DNA from: Clostridia bacterium
Lineage (GTDB): Bacteria; Bacillota; Clostridia; UMGS1883
Reading direction: 5' to 3'
Length of the DNA stretch: 40,421 nt
Assembly: GCA_017466275.1 (NCBI GenBank)
Contig: JAFTUL010000018.1
Span: forward strand, 1 to 40,421
The stretch's first letter is position 1; each line of letters opens with the position of its first letter. A program made the position numbers and the translations under genes. Positions 18,229-26,604 of this stretch are shown here, piece after piece. The notes beneath the pieces were generated by a model. It was not told where the DNA came from and made no database searches. It worked only from the letters and a program-made list of their open reading frames with translations.

Positions 18229-19179
18229 ATGGATTACGTACTGAATTTATTTCTCCTGGTTTTTGGTTTTGCCCTTTTGATTAAGGGTGCTGACCTGTTC
18301 GTTGACGGAAGCAGCTCCGTTGCGAAACTGCTTAAGATACCCGCTGTTATAATCGGTCTTACAATCGTTTCTATCGGAACCTCTCTTCCCGAAGCGGCTG
18401 TAAGTATTTCCGCTTCAATTAAAGGGGCTTATGACCTTTCCATTGCCAATGTTGTGGGCAGTAACATTTTTAATCTTTTGAGTGTTGTAGGCGTTTCTGC
18501 TTTTATCTGCCCGTTTATTGTTGATAAGGTAATTATGAAACGGGACTTCCCCTTAAGCATTCTTTCCGCGGTAATTTTAGCTGTAATGATGCGGGACAGA
18601 ACACTTTCGGTTGTGGAAGCAACTATTCTTTTTGTTCTCTTTATAGGTTATATTCTGCTACTTGTACGCTCTGCCCTTAAGAACCGTACCGAGGGGGATG
18701 AATACAAAACTCATTCTCCCTTAAAAAGCATTATCTTTATCATAATCGGTATTGTAGGTATTGTTGCGGGCGGAACTCTTACCGTTGATGCTGCAACATT
18801 CTTTGCAAGAGCGTTTAATATGAGCGAGCTTTTAATTGGCCTTACCATTGTTGCGGTGGGAACGAGTCTTCCCGAGCTTGTAACAAGCGTTGTTGCCGCT
18901 AAAAAGGGTGAGAGTGAAATCGCCTTGGGTAACGTTATCGGCTCAAATATATTCAACATTCTCTTTATTCTTGGTATGAGCGGTATTGTTCATCCCCTTA
19001 CCTGTGATTTCGGTGCAGTTATCGATACCATCCTTCTTATAGGTATGAGTGCCCTGATGTTTTTTATCTACAAGGCAAGAAACAAGGTTTCCCGTCTCGT
19101 GGGACTCCTCGGTGTTGTTATATATGTCATCTATGTTGTATACATTATTCTAAGAGCATACGAAATGCTTCCATTCTAA
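18229..19179 (+). CDS. Calcium/sodium antiporter (CaCA, YrbG-like), paralog 2
   Basis: Two GTSLPE...GSNIFN repeats; colinear with paralog 1 from MxYxLNL to RAxEMLPF. Confidence 0.93.
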   Translation: MDYVLNLFLLVFGFALLIKGADLFVDGSSSVAKLLKIPAVIIGLTIVSIGTSLPEAAVSISASIKGAYDLSIANVVGSNIFNLLSVVGVSAFICPFIVDKVIMKRDFPLSILSAVILAVMMRDRTLSVVEATILFVLFIGYILLLVRSALKNRTEGDEYKTHSPLKSIIFIIIGIVGIVAGGTLTVDAATFFARAFNMSELLIGLTIVAVGTSLPELVTSVVAAKKGESEIALGNVIGSNIFNILFILGMSGIVHPLTCDFGAVIDTILLIGMSALMFFIYKARNKVSRLVGLLGVVIYVIYVVYIILRAYEMLPF

Positions 19180-19197
19180 AAATTTTGGAGGAATAAT

Positions 19198-20358
19198 ATG
19201 ATATCCCTGCTTCTTGGGCGTTTTCTTCCCGAAGATGCCGACCAAAAAACAGCCAGAACTATATACGGTTATGTCTGCGGAGGAGCAGGGATATTTTTAA
19301 ATCTGTTCCTGTTTGCGATAAAGCTTATTATAGGAATTTTCAGCTCATCTATTGCAATAACTGCCGACGCATTCAACAACTTAACAGATGCAGGCTCGTC
19401 CGTCATAAGCCTTTTCGGGTTTATTCTTTCAGGACAGAAAGCCGATAAAGAGCATCCTTTCGGACACGGCAGAATTGAGTATATTGCAGGCATTTTTATC
19501 TCCGTCGTAATTATCTATGTAGGAATAGAACTGCTTCGTTCTTCAATAGGCAAAATTATTCACCCCGGTGAATTCGTTTTTAATATTTATGTAGCTGTTG
19601 TACTTATTATTTCCATATTGGTTAAACTGTATATGGCATATTACAACCGCCGTTGCGGAAAAAAGATACAGTCCTCCGTTCTTTTTGCGGTTGCAACCGA
19701 TTCCATAAGTGATGCCATTGCGACGGGGGCAATTTTGCTGTCATCCGTGTTTATGTATTACACCCATATTCAGATAGATGGTTATGTCGGACTTCTTGTT
19801 TCTCTGCTTATTATAAAGTCAGGTGTTGATGCGGTTATAAAGACATCCTCTCCCCTGCTTGGCGGCATCCCCGACCGCGAATTTGTGAAAAGGGTTGAGG
19901 CAATTGTGCGTGAAAACCCCGAAACGGTAGGGATTCACGACCTTGTTGTTCACGATTACGGTCCCAATAAGATTTTTGTATCTCTTCATATGGAGGTTGA
20001 CGGAAGCAAGGAGATTTTCGTGCTTCACGATGCAGCAGACCTTGTGGAAAGACAGATTTCCGACGAGCTTGGGTGCGAGGCGGTTATTCATATGGACCCA
20101 ATTGATGTGAATAATCCTGTTTTGAAAGAAATTTACGCCACGCTTCAAAAAAGGCTGGATATAGTTTGTCCCGAGGGGAATGTTCACGACCTTCGTATAG
20201 TTCCGGGGCCAACTCACACTAATGTTATTTTTGATTTAATTGTCCCTGCGGAGAGGTTTTTTGCAAAGGATAAAATTTCCGCAGAATTGGAAAAATGCAT
20301 AACGGAAATTGACGAGAATTATTATGCCGTAATAACGGTGGAAACATCATATATTTAG
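19198..20358 (+). CDS. Cation diffusion facilitator transporter (MntE-type A-site)
   Basis: ADAFNNLTD (TM2), HPFGHGRIEY, DSISD (TM5), IHDLVVHDYGP, IHMDP. Confidence 0.92.
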   Translation: MISLLLGRFLPEDADQKTARTIYGYVCGGAGIFLNLFLFAIKLIIGIFSSSIAITADAFNNLTDAGSSVISLFGFILSGQKADKEHPFGHGRIEYIAGIFISVVIIYVGIELLRSSIGKIIHPGEFVFNIYVAVVLIISILVKLYMAYYNRRCGKKIQSSVLFAVATDSISDAIATGAILLSSVFMYYTHIQIDGYVGLLVSLLIIKSGVDAVIKTSSPLLGGIPDREFVKRVEAIVRENPETVGIHDLVVHDYGPNKIFVSLHMEVDGSKEIFVLHDAADLVERQISDELGCEAVIHMDPIDVNNPVLKEIYATLQKRLDIVCPEGNVHDLRIVPGPTHTNVIFDLIVPAERFFAKDKISAELEKCITEIDENYYAVITVETSYI

Positions 20359-20368
20359 GAGAAACGCT

Positions 20369-21616
20369 ATGTTTAACAAAACTGAATTTTTAGAGGATTT
20401 GAAAAAGCTAATCGCAATCAACAGCATCAACGGAAACTGTGGAGAAAAAACAGATTCCGCACCCTTGGGAAAAGGTATAAATGATGCTATTGAGGCATTT
20501 TTGTCCATTGGCAAAAGATTTGGCTTCAGGACAAAAAATGTAGGCGGTTACTGTGGCTTTGTTGAAATGGGCGAGGGCGAAAAAATGCTTGGAATCATTA
20601 CCCACACCGATACCGTTGAAACAGGCGACGGATGGAGTTATCCTGCCCTCCAGTGCACAGTAGCTGACGACGGAGTTTACGGCAGAGGTGTAATCGACAA
20701 CAAGGGTCCTGCCCTCCTTGCTCTTTACTGTATGAAAGCCATTTCCGACAGCGGAATGAAGCTCGACAAGAGGGTACGTCTTATAATCGGCGGTGATGAA
20801 GAGGCAGGAAGCTGGCAATGTATGAACGCATACAAAAAAACAGAAGAGCTTCCCACAATTGCTTTTTCTCCTGATGCGGATTATCCCGTAGTTTTCGGTG
20901 AAAAGGGACTTCTCCGTGTAAAAATTTCGGGGGTTGAGGAAAACATTGCTCCCGACTTTAAGTTTGAGGGTGGCAAGGTTATAAACATTGTTCCCGACGA
21001 AGCAACGGCTTTCATTGACGGAAAAGAGCTTCACGCAAAAGGCAAATCCGCCCACGGAAGTATGCCTGAAAAGGGTGAAAACGCAATTTTGAAATTAGCA
21101 GATGAAATCTGTTCTCGTTATCCCAATTCCACATTTGCAAGGCTATGTTCTCTCACCACGGCAGAAGCACTTGGCATTGACATTGCCGACGATATGACAA
21201 AAATCAGCGTTAACCCCTCGGTAATCTATGCCGACAGTACAAAATGCGAACTTAGCTACGACATCCGCTACCCTATTACGGCAAACGGAGAAGAGGTTAT
21301 CGCAAATATTGAAAAATCAGCAGAGGAAAAAGGGCTTACGGCAGACATATTCTTCCACGACAAACCCCTTTATGTTCCGCGTGACAGCCATCTTGTAACA
21401 ACACTTTCGGATATATATGCGAAGCATTCGGGAGAGGCGCTGGAGCCTGTTGCAATTGGCGGAGGAACTTATGCAAAAGCGTTCAAAAACTGCGTTGCAT
21501 TCGGGGCAATGCTCCCCGACGAGCCGGAAACAATGCACGCTCCCGACGAATTCTGGAGTTTCAGAAGTATTGACATAAATTTTGACATAATTTCCGATGC
21601 GATTATGAAATTATAA
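20369..21616 (+). CDS. M20-family dipeptidase (PepV/Sapep-like)
   Basis: HTDTV, YGRGVIDNKGP, GGDEE, SPDADYPV, AHGS, GGGTYAK, MHAPDE. Confidence 0.9.
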   Translation: MFNKTEFLEDLKKLIAINSINGNCGEKTDSAPLGKGINDAIEAFLSIGKRFGFRTKNVGGYCGFVEMGEGEKMLGIITHTDTVETGDGWSYPALQCTVADDGVYGRGVIDNKGPALLALYCMKAISDSGMKLDKRVRLIIGGDEEAGSWQCMNAYKKTEELPTIAFSPDADYPVVFGEKGLLRVKISGVEENIAPDFKFEGGKVINIVPDEATAFIDGKELHAKGKSAHGSMPEKGENAILKLADEICSRYPNSTFARLCSLTTAEALGIDIADDMTKISVNPSVIYADSTKCELSYDIRYPITANGEEVIANIEKSAEEKGLTADIFFHDKPLYVPRDSHLVTTLSDIYAKHSGEALEPVAIGGGTYAKAFKNCVAFGAMLPDEPETMHAPDEFWSFRSIDINFDIISDAIMKL

Positions 21617-21619
21617 GGC

Positions 21620-21661
21620 AAACTGGCACAAAAGAACATAGTTCTTTTGTGCCAGTTTTTT
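21620..21661 (+). terminator. Intrinsic terminator ending the antiporter-CDF-dipeptidase run
   Basis: Perfect 18-bp inverted repeat AAACTGGCACAAAAGAAC/GTTCTTTTGTGCCAGTTT followed by a T run. Confidence 0.85.
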
Positions 21662-21662
21662 G

Positions 21663-21892
21663 AGGGATAGGAAAAAATGTTTCAGAACGGACAAACTGAA
21701 CCCGCAGGGGGTACCCGAAGGTGTATATGTATACACCGAGAGGTGAAGTTTGTTCGTAGCAAAAAGGCTTAAAAACAGAAAAATCGATTTGTTTGAGATT
21801 TTTCAACCGATTTAACAAATTTAGCAACTATAAACTGTCTGTATCTCGTATTATTATCGCCTTTTTGCGTTCTGGACTTTTTTTACATCCCT
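21663..21892. repeat. Multi-branched palindromic intergenic element
   Basis: Imperfect terminal inverted repeat (21663-21689/21868-21892) enclosing two arms (21688-21756; 21759-21868). Confidence 0.6.
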
Positions 21893-21928
21893 TTAGTGAA
21901 AAAAGTCAAAGAAACCATAGTTTTTTCT

Positions 21929-21957
21929 TTGACTTTTTATTATATATATTATATAAT
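21929..21957 (+). promoter_or_regulatory. sigmaA promoter of the miaB-mutSL-miaA-hfq cluster
   Basis: TTGACT(21929-21934)-17-TATAAT(21952-21957). The -35 lies in the 3' arm of the hairpin AAAAAGTCAAAGAAA/TTTCTTTGACTTTTT. Confidence 0.7.
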
Positions 21958-21986
21958 AAAGTGTACTCTAACTTTAAAAAGATTGG

Positions 21987-23399
21987 ATGAGTTTTTTGGC
22001 TGAAAAAAATATATTTATCTCACCTGAGGACAAGGCTCTTCAGGAAGTCTATATAAATTCAATAAAGAACTCTCTTTCAGGGCAGACTAAGTATGCAATG
22101 GTGGAAACCTACGGCTGTCAGCAGAATGTCAACGACTCACAGAGAATCGAGGGAATGCTCCTTGAGATGGGCTTTACCCTGACAGATGACAGAGAAAAGG
22201 CAGATGTTATCATTTTCAACACCTGTGCCATCCGCGAAAACGCCCACGAAAGAGTGTACGGAAACCTCGGTGCGTTAAAACACGTAAAAGCAAGAAAGCC
22301 CTCACTTATAATCGGCATCTGCGGTTGTATGGTACAACAGCCCCAGATTGCAAAAAGGGTTAAGTCAAAGTATAGGCACGTAGACCTTATTTTCGGCACG
22401 CACGTGCTGTGGAAATTTCCCCCTCTCCTCTCTGAGGTTATGGAGCACAGGGAAAGGGTTATCGATATTTCGGGCGACGGAGTAATCTGCGAGGGAACCC
22501 CCGTAAATTACGACGGCGGTGCAAAGGCGTTTGTATCAGTTATGTACGGTTGCAACAACTTCTGTTCCTACTGCATTGTACCCTATGTCCGCGGACGGGA
22601 AAGAAGCAGAATGGAAGAGGATATTCTCTCCGAGATAGATATGCTTGCAAAAAGCGGAGTCAAGGAAGTAATGCTTCTTGGTCAGAATGTAAACTCCTAC
22701 GGCAAGGACCGTGGCGAGGAAAACGGATTTGCAAATCTTCTCAAAAAGGTTTGTCTTATTGACGGCATTGAGAGAATACGCTTTATGTCCAGCCATCCCA
22801 AGGATATTTCCGAGGAGCTTCTGAGGGTAATGGCTGAGGAAGAAAAAATTTGTAAGAGTCTGCACCTTCCCCTGCAATCGGGAAGCAGTAAGGTTCTTTC
22901 GGATATGAACAGACACTATGACCGTGAAAAATATATGGGGATTGTCAAAAAGGCAAAGGAGCTTATGCCCGACCTTTCCCTTACTACTGACATTATTGTA
23001 GGCTTCCCCACGGAAACGGACAAGGATTTTGGTGACACGCTCTCCATCCTGCGTGAAGTTGGGTTTGATTCGATTTTTTCATTCATCTACTCCCCGAGAG
23101 AGGGTACAAAAGCGGCAGAGTGGGAGAATGTTTCCACCAAGGAAGAAATTGACAAACGCTTCCGCACACTCCTTGACCAGCAGAACGAAATAAGCTACAA
23201 GCTTAACCTGCGGCACGAGGGAAATGTGGAGAAAGTTCTTGTTGAGGGGCAGAGTAAAACCGACCCCGATATGATGACGGGCAGAAACTACGCTAACAAA
23301 ATTGTGAATTTCAAGGGTGATGAATCCCTTGTCGGACAAATTATTGATGTAAAAATAACCAAGGCACAGACTTGGATTTTATACGGTGAATTAAAATAA
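21987..23399 (+). CDS. miaB: tRNA-2-methylthio-N6-dimethylallyladenosine synthase MiaB
   Basis: TYGCQQN, NTCAIRENA, GCNNFCSYCIVPYVRGRERSR, TRAM C-terminus. Confidence 0.96.
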   Translation: MSFLAEKNIFISPEDKALQEVYINSIKNSLSGQTKYAMVETYGCQQNVNDSQRIEGMLLEMGFTLTDDREKADVIIFNTCAIRENAHERVYGNLGALKHVKARKPSLIIGICGCMVQQPQIAKRVKSKYRHVDLIFGTHVLWKFPPLLSEVMEHRERVIDISGDGVICEGTPVNYDGGAKAFVSVMYGCNNFCSYCIVPYVRGRERSRMEEDILSEIDMLAKSGVKEVMLLGQNVNSYGKDRGEENGFANLLKKVCLIDGIERIRFMSSHPKDISEELLRVMAEEEKICKSLHLPLQSGSSKVLSDMNRHYDREKYMGIVKKAKELMPDLSLTTDIIVGFPTETDKDFGDTLSILREVGFDSIFSFIYSPREGTKAAEWENVSTKEEIDKRFRTLLDQQNEISYKLNLRHEGNVEKVLVEGQSKTDPDMMTGRNYANKIVNFKGDESLVGQIIDVKITKAQTWILYGELK

Positions 23400-23426
23400 A
23401 ATTTATATAAAAGGACGGTAAGAAAA

Positions 23427-23816
23427 ATGGCAGAAATTTTTGAAAAAGCAAGAGAACTCGGTGAAGCAATTATCGAGAGTAAAGAGTATAAGGAGCTTAA
23501 AGAAGCCGAGCTTAAGCAGGAAAATGACGAAGAAGCACTTGCACTTCTCAAGGAATACAGCGATGTGAGAACACGCCTCGGTGCAGAAATTCAGAAAGGC
23601 GACGTTTCAGAGGAAAGAATCGCCGAAATCCGCGAGGAGCTTGAAGAGGCTTATTCCAAAATGACAACAAACGACACAATTACTGCATACATCAATGCAC
23701 AGAGAACATTTCAGGCAGTAATTGACCAGATGAACAATATCCTTTCATTCCACATCACAGGCAAAATCCCCGGAGGTTGCAGCGGCAACTGTTCATCCTG
23801 CAACAGTTGCGGTTAA
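23427..23816 (+). CDS. YlbF/YmcA (Ric) family regulator with Cys-rich tail
   Basis: IFEKARELGEAIIESKEY helical domain; C-terminal CSGNCSSCNSCG; miaB-ymcA-mutS synteny. Confidence 0.88.
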   Translation: MAEIFEKARELGEAIIESKEYKELKEAELKQENDEEALALLKEYSDVRTRLGAEIQKGDVSEERIAEIREELEEAYSKMTTNDTITAYINAQRTFQAVIDQMNNILSFHITGKIPGGCSGNCSSCNSCG

Positions 23817-23846
23817 TCCACAATTTACTACTAAGGAGGAAAACCC

Positions 23847-26441
23847 ATGGCAGAGCTCACTCCAATGATGAAGCAATACATGGAAATAAAGAAAAAGTGT
23901 CCTGACACCATACTGATGTTCAGACTGGGCGATTTTTATGAAATGTTCTTTGAAGACGCAATTGTGGCTTCCAAGGACCTTGAAATCACCCTTACAGGTC
24001 GTGACTGCGGTCAGGAAGAGCGTGCTCCCATGTGCGGTGTTCCTTTCCACGCGGCGGACACATACATTGCAAGGCTCGTTGCCAAGGGTCACAAGGTTGC
24101 CATCTGTGAGCAGATGGAGGATCCCAAATCAGTAAAGGGGATTGTAAAGCGTGACATCATCCGTATTGTCACCCCCGGTACAATTCTTGATGATTCACTC
24201 CTTAACTCACGAAAGACAAACTATATGGCATCCGTTTGCCGGATTGGTAACGATTGCGGTGTGTCCTTCGTGGATGTTTCGACGGGTGAGCTTTTGGGTA
24301 CAACCCTTTATGACGATATTACCTGCGACAAGCTTATAAATGAGCTTGCACGCTTCTCCCCCGTTGAAATTGCTCTTGGAGGAAACTCCTTTCAGAATAA
24401 GAAAATCACAGAATATATTGAGAGCCGTACAGACGCTCTCACCTTTACATATGACTTTGAGGATGCGGAAAAAGAGTCGCGTGAGCTTTTGGCGTCACAG
24501 CTGAAAAACAGCAACGATATTTCAGACAGACTCCTGCGCGTTTCCGCAACGGCTCTTATCCAATATATCCTCGAAACACAGAAAGCAAAAATGGCACATA
24601 TCCACACAATGGATATTTACACATCTCAGGAATTTGTTGACCTTGATGCCGCAACGGTGAGAAACCTTGAGCTTGTCGAAACAATGCGTGACAAGTCCAA
24701 GCGAGGAAGCCTTTTCTGGGTGCTTGACAACACAAAAACCTCTATGGGTACCAGAATGCTCAAGCAATGGATTCTCCGCCCGCTTGTAAATGCCGCATCT
24801 GTTAATAACCGACTCTCGGGTGTTGAGGAATTGGTGTCCGCAATGGATATCCGTGACGACCTTTCCGACGCACTTACAGGTGTAAACGATATTGAAAGGC
24901 TTATGAGCCGTGTTAGTGTAGGAACGGCAAATGCCCGTGATATGGCATCACTTTGTGTGTCCTTTGCACGCCTCCCATTCCTGCATAAAATTCTGTGCAG
25001 AACGAGAAGCACTATCTTAAGTGTTCAGGCGGCAAACCTTGACACGCTTGAGGATTTAAGGGATTTACTGGAAAGGGCAATTAATCCCGAACCACCGATA
25101 ACACTTCGTGAGGGTAACATTATCCGCGACGGTTTCCTTGAGGAGATTGACAGACTCCGTTCAATTACCCGTGGCGGAAGTAATTTCATTGCAGAGCTTG
25201 AGGCAAGAGAGCGTGAAAGAACGGGAATTAAAACCCTGAAAGTTAAATTCAACAAGGTTTTCGGTTACTTTATTGAGGTTTCTACCTCTCAGCTTTCAAA
25301 AGTACCCGATGATTATATGAGAAAGCAGACTCTCACCAATGGAGAAAGATTCATCACCGCTGAGCTTAAGGAGATTGAGAGCAGCGTCCTCGGTGCAAGC
25401 GAGAAGCTTGTTCAGCTTGAATACGAGGAATTTCAGCGTATCCGCGAGAGAATCTGCGAACATATGGAACGAATCGAAAAAACTGCCCACGCCATTGCCG
25501 TGACAGATACTATCTATTCCCTTGCGGAAGCGGCTGTAAAGAACGGTTACAAGAAGCCTGAGGTCAATCTTTCGGACAAGCTTGTAATAAAAGAGGGCAG
25601 ACACCCCGTTGTAGAAAAAGTACTTTCCGACAGTCTTTTCGTTCCCAATGACACAATCCTTGATTGCAAGGATAACAGAATGTCAGTTATTACCGGCCCC
25701 AATATGGCAGGTAAATCCACATATATGCGTCAGACGGCACTCATTGCACTTATGGCACAGATTGGCTCTTTCGTGCCTGCACAGAGTGCGGAGTGCGGAA
25801 TTATAGACAAGATATTCACAAGAATCGGTGCTTCCGACGACCTCGCTTCGGGGCAGAGTACGTTTATGCTCGAAATGAACGAGGTCAGCTATATCCTCAA
25901 AAATGCTACGAAAAAGAGCCTTTGTATTCTTGACGAAATCGGCAGAGGTACAAGCACCTTTGACGGACTTTCCATTGCCTGGGCAGTTATTGAACATATT
26001 GCAAAAAAAGTAGGAGCAAAAACGCTCTTTGCCACACATTATCACGAGCTTACCGCACTTGAGGGGACTCTTTCGGGCGTAGTGAATTATAACACCGCCT
26101 GCAAAAAGAGGGGCGACGACATCACATTCCTCAGAAGAATTGTCCGCGGCGGCACAGACGATAGCTTTGGTATTGAGGTTGCCAAGCTTGCAGGTGTTCC
26201 CGACAGCGTTATTAAAAGGGCAAAGGAAGTTTTGGCTTCCGTTGAGGGTAACACCCGTGCAAGTGAAACAGGCGGAAAAATCGCCGCTGATATTACAGAA
26301 AAAGATGATGCTTCTATGCAGATTGGCTTTGCCGATATGGAAAACAGCAAGGTTGTGGAAGCACTTAAGGCTATTGATGTTACTACTTTAACACCTATTG
26401 AAGCAATGAACAAGTTGTATGAATTGCAGAAGCTGTTATAA
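23847..26441 (+). CDS. mutS: DNA mismatch repair protein MutS
   Basis: TPMMKQY, FRLGDFYEMF, ITGPNMAGKSTYMRQ, DEIGRGTSTFDG, FATHYHELT. Confidence 0.98.
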   Translation: MAELTPMMKQYMEIKKKCPDTILMFRLGDFYEMFFEDAIVASKDLEITLTGRDCGQEERAPMCGVPFHAADTYIARLVAKGHKVAICEQMEDPKSVKGIVKRDIIRIVTPGTILDDSLLNSRKTNYMASVCRIGNDCGVSFVDVSTGELLGTTLYDDITCDKLINELARFSPVEIALGGNSFQNKKITEYIESRTDALTFTYDFEDAEKESRELLASQLKNSNDISDRLLRVSATALIQYILETQKAKMAHIHTMDIYTSQEFVDLDAATVRNLELVETMRDKSKRGSLFWVLDNTKTSMGTRMLKQWILRPLVNAASVNNRLSGVEELVSAMDIRDDLSDALTGVNDIERLMSRVSVGTANARDMASLCVSFARLPFLHKILCRTRSTILSVQAANLDTLEDLRDLLERAINPEPPITLREGNIIRDGFLEEIDRLRSITRGGSNFIAELEARERERTGIKTLKVKFNKVFGYFIEVSTSQLSKVPDDYMRKQTLTNGERFITAELKEIESSVLGASEKLVQLEYEEFQRIRERICEHMERIEKTAHAIAVTDTIYSLAEAAVKNGYKKPEVNLSDKLVIKEGRHPVVEKVLSDSLFVPNDTILDCKDNRMSVITGPNMAGKSTYMRQTALIALMAQIGSFVPAQSAECGIIDKIFTRIGASDDLASGQSTFMLEMNEVSYILKNATKKSLCILDEIGRGTSTFDGLSIAWAVIEHIAKKVGAKTLFATHYHELTALEGTLSGVVNYNTACKKRGDDITFLRRIVRGGTDDSFGIEVAKLAGVPDSVIKRAKEVLASVEGNTRASETGGKIAADITEKDDASMQIGFADMENSKVVEALKAIDVTTLTPIEAMNKLYELQKLL

Positions 26442-26448
26442 AAGCAAA

Positions 26449-26588
26449 GATTTTTGCCACAGGCAAAAATCCACATTATGAAAGTTTATCGAGGAAAAAG
26501 CAGCGTACGCGAATTTTCCTCGAAAGAGGAAGAATGATTTATGCGAGGCGAGGCATCGCCGAGGCGGAGCCGTGAATTATTCTGACGA
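26449..26588 (+). repeat. Three consecutive hairpins between mutS and mutL
   Basis: Perfect 10-bp inverted repeats 26449-58/26462-71 and 26489-98/26514-23, plus a 13-bp stem 26531-43/26571-83 with G-U pairs. Confidence 0.6.
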
Positions 26589-26604
26589 CAGGAGGTGACT
26601 CCCC

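Noticed and set aside
17997-18284. 95-aa ORF between the antiporters
   Set aside because: It has no RBS and overlaps promoter 2 and riboswitch 2, which explain the sequence.
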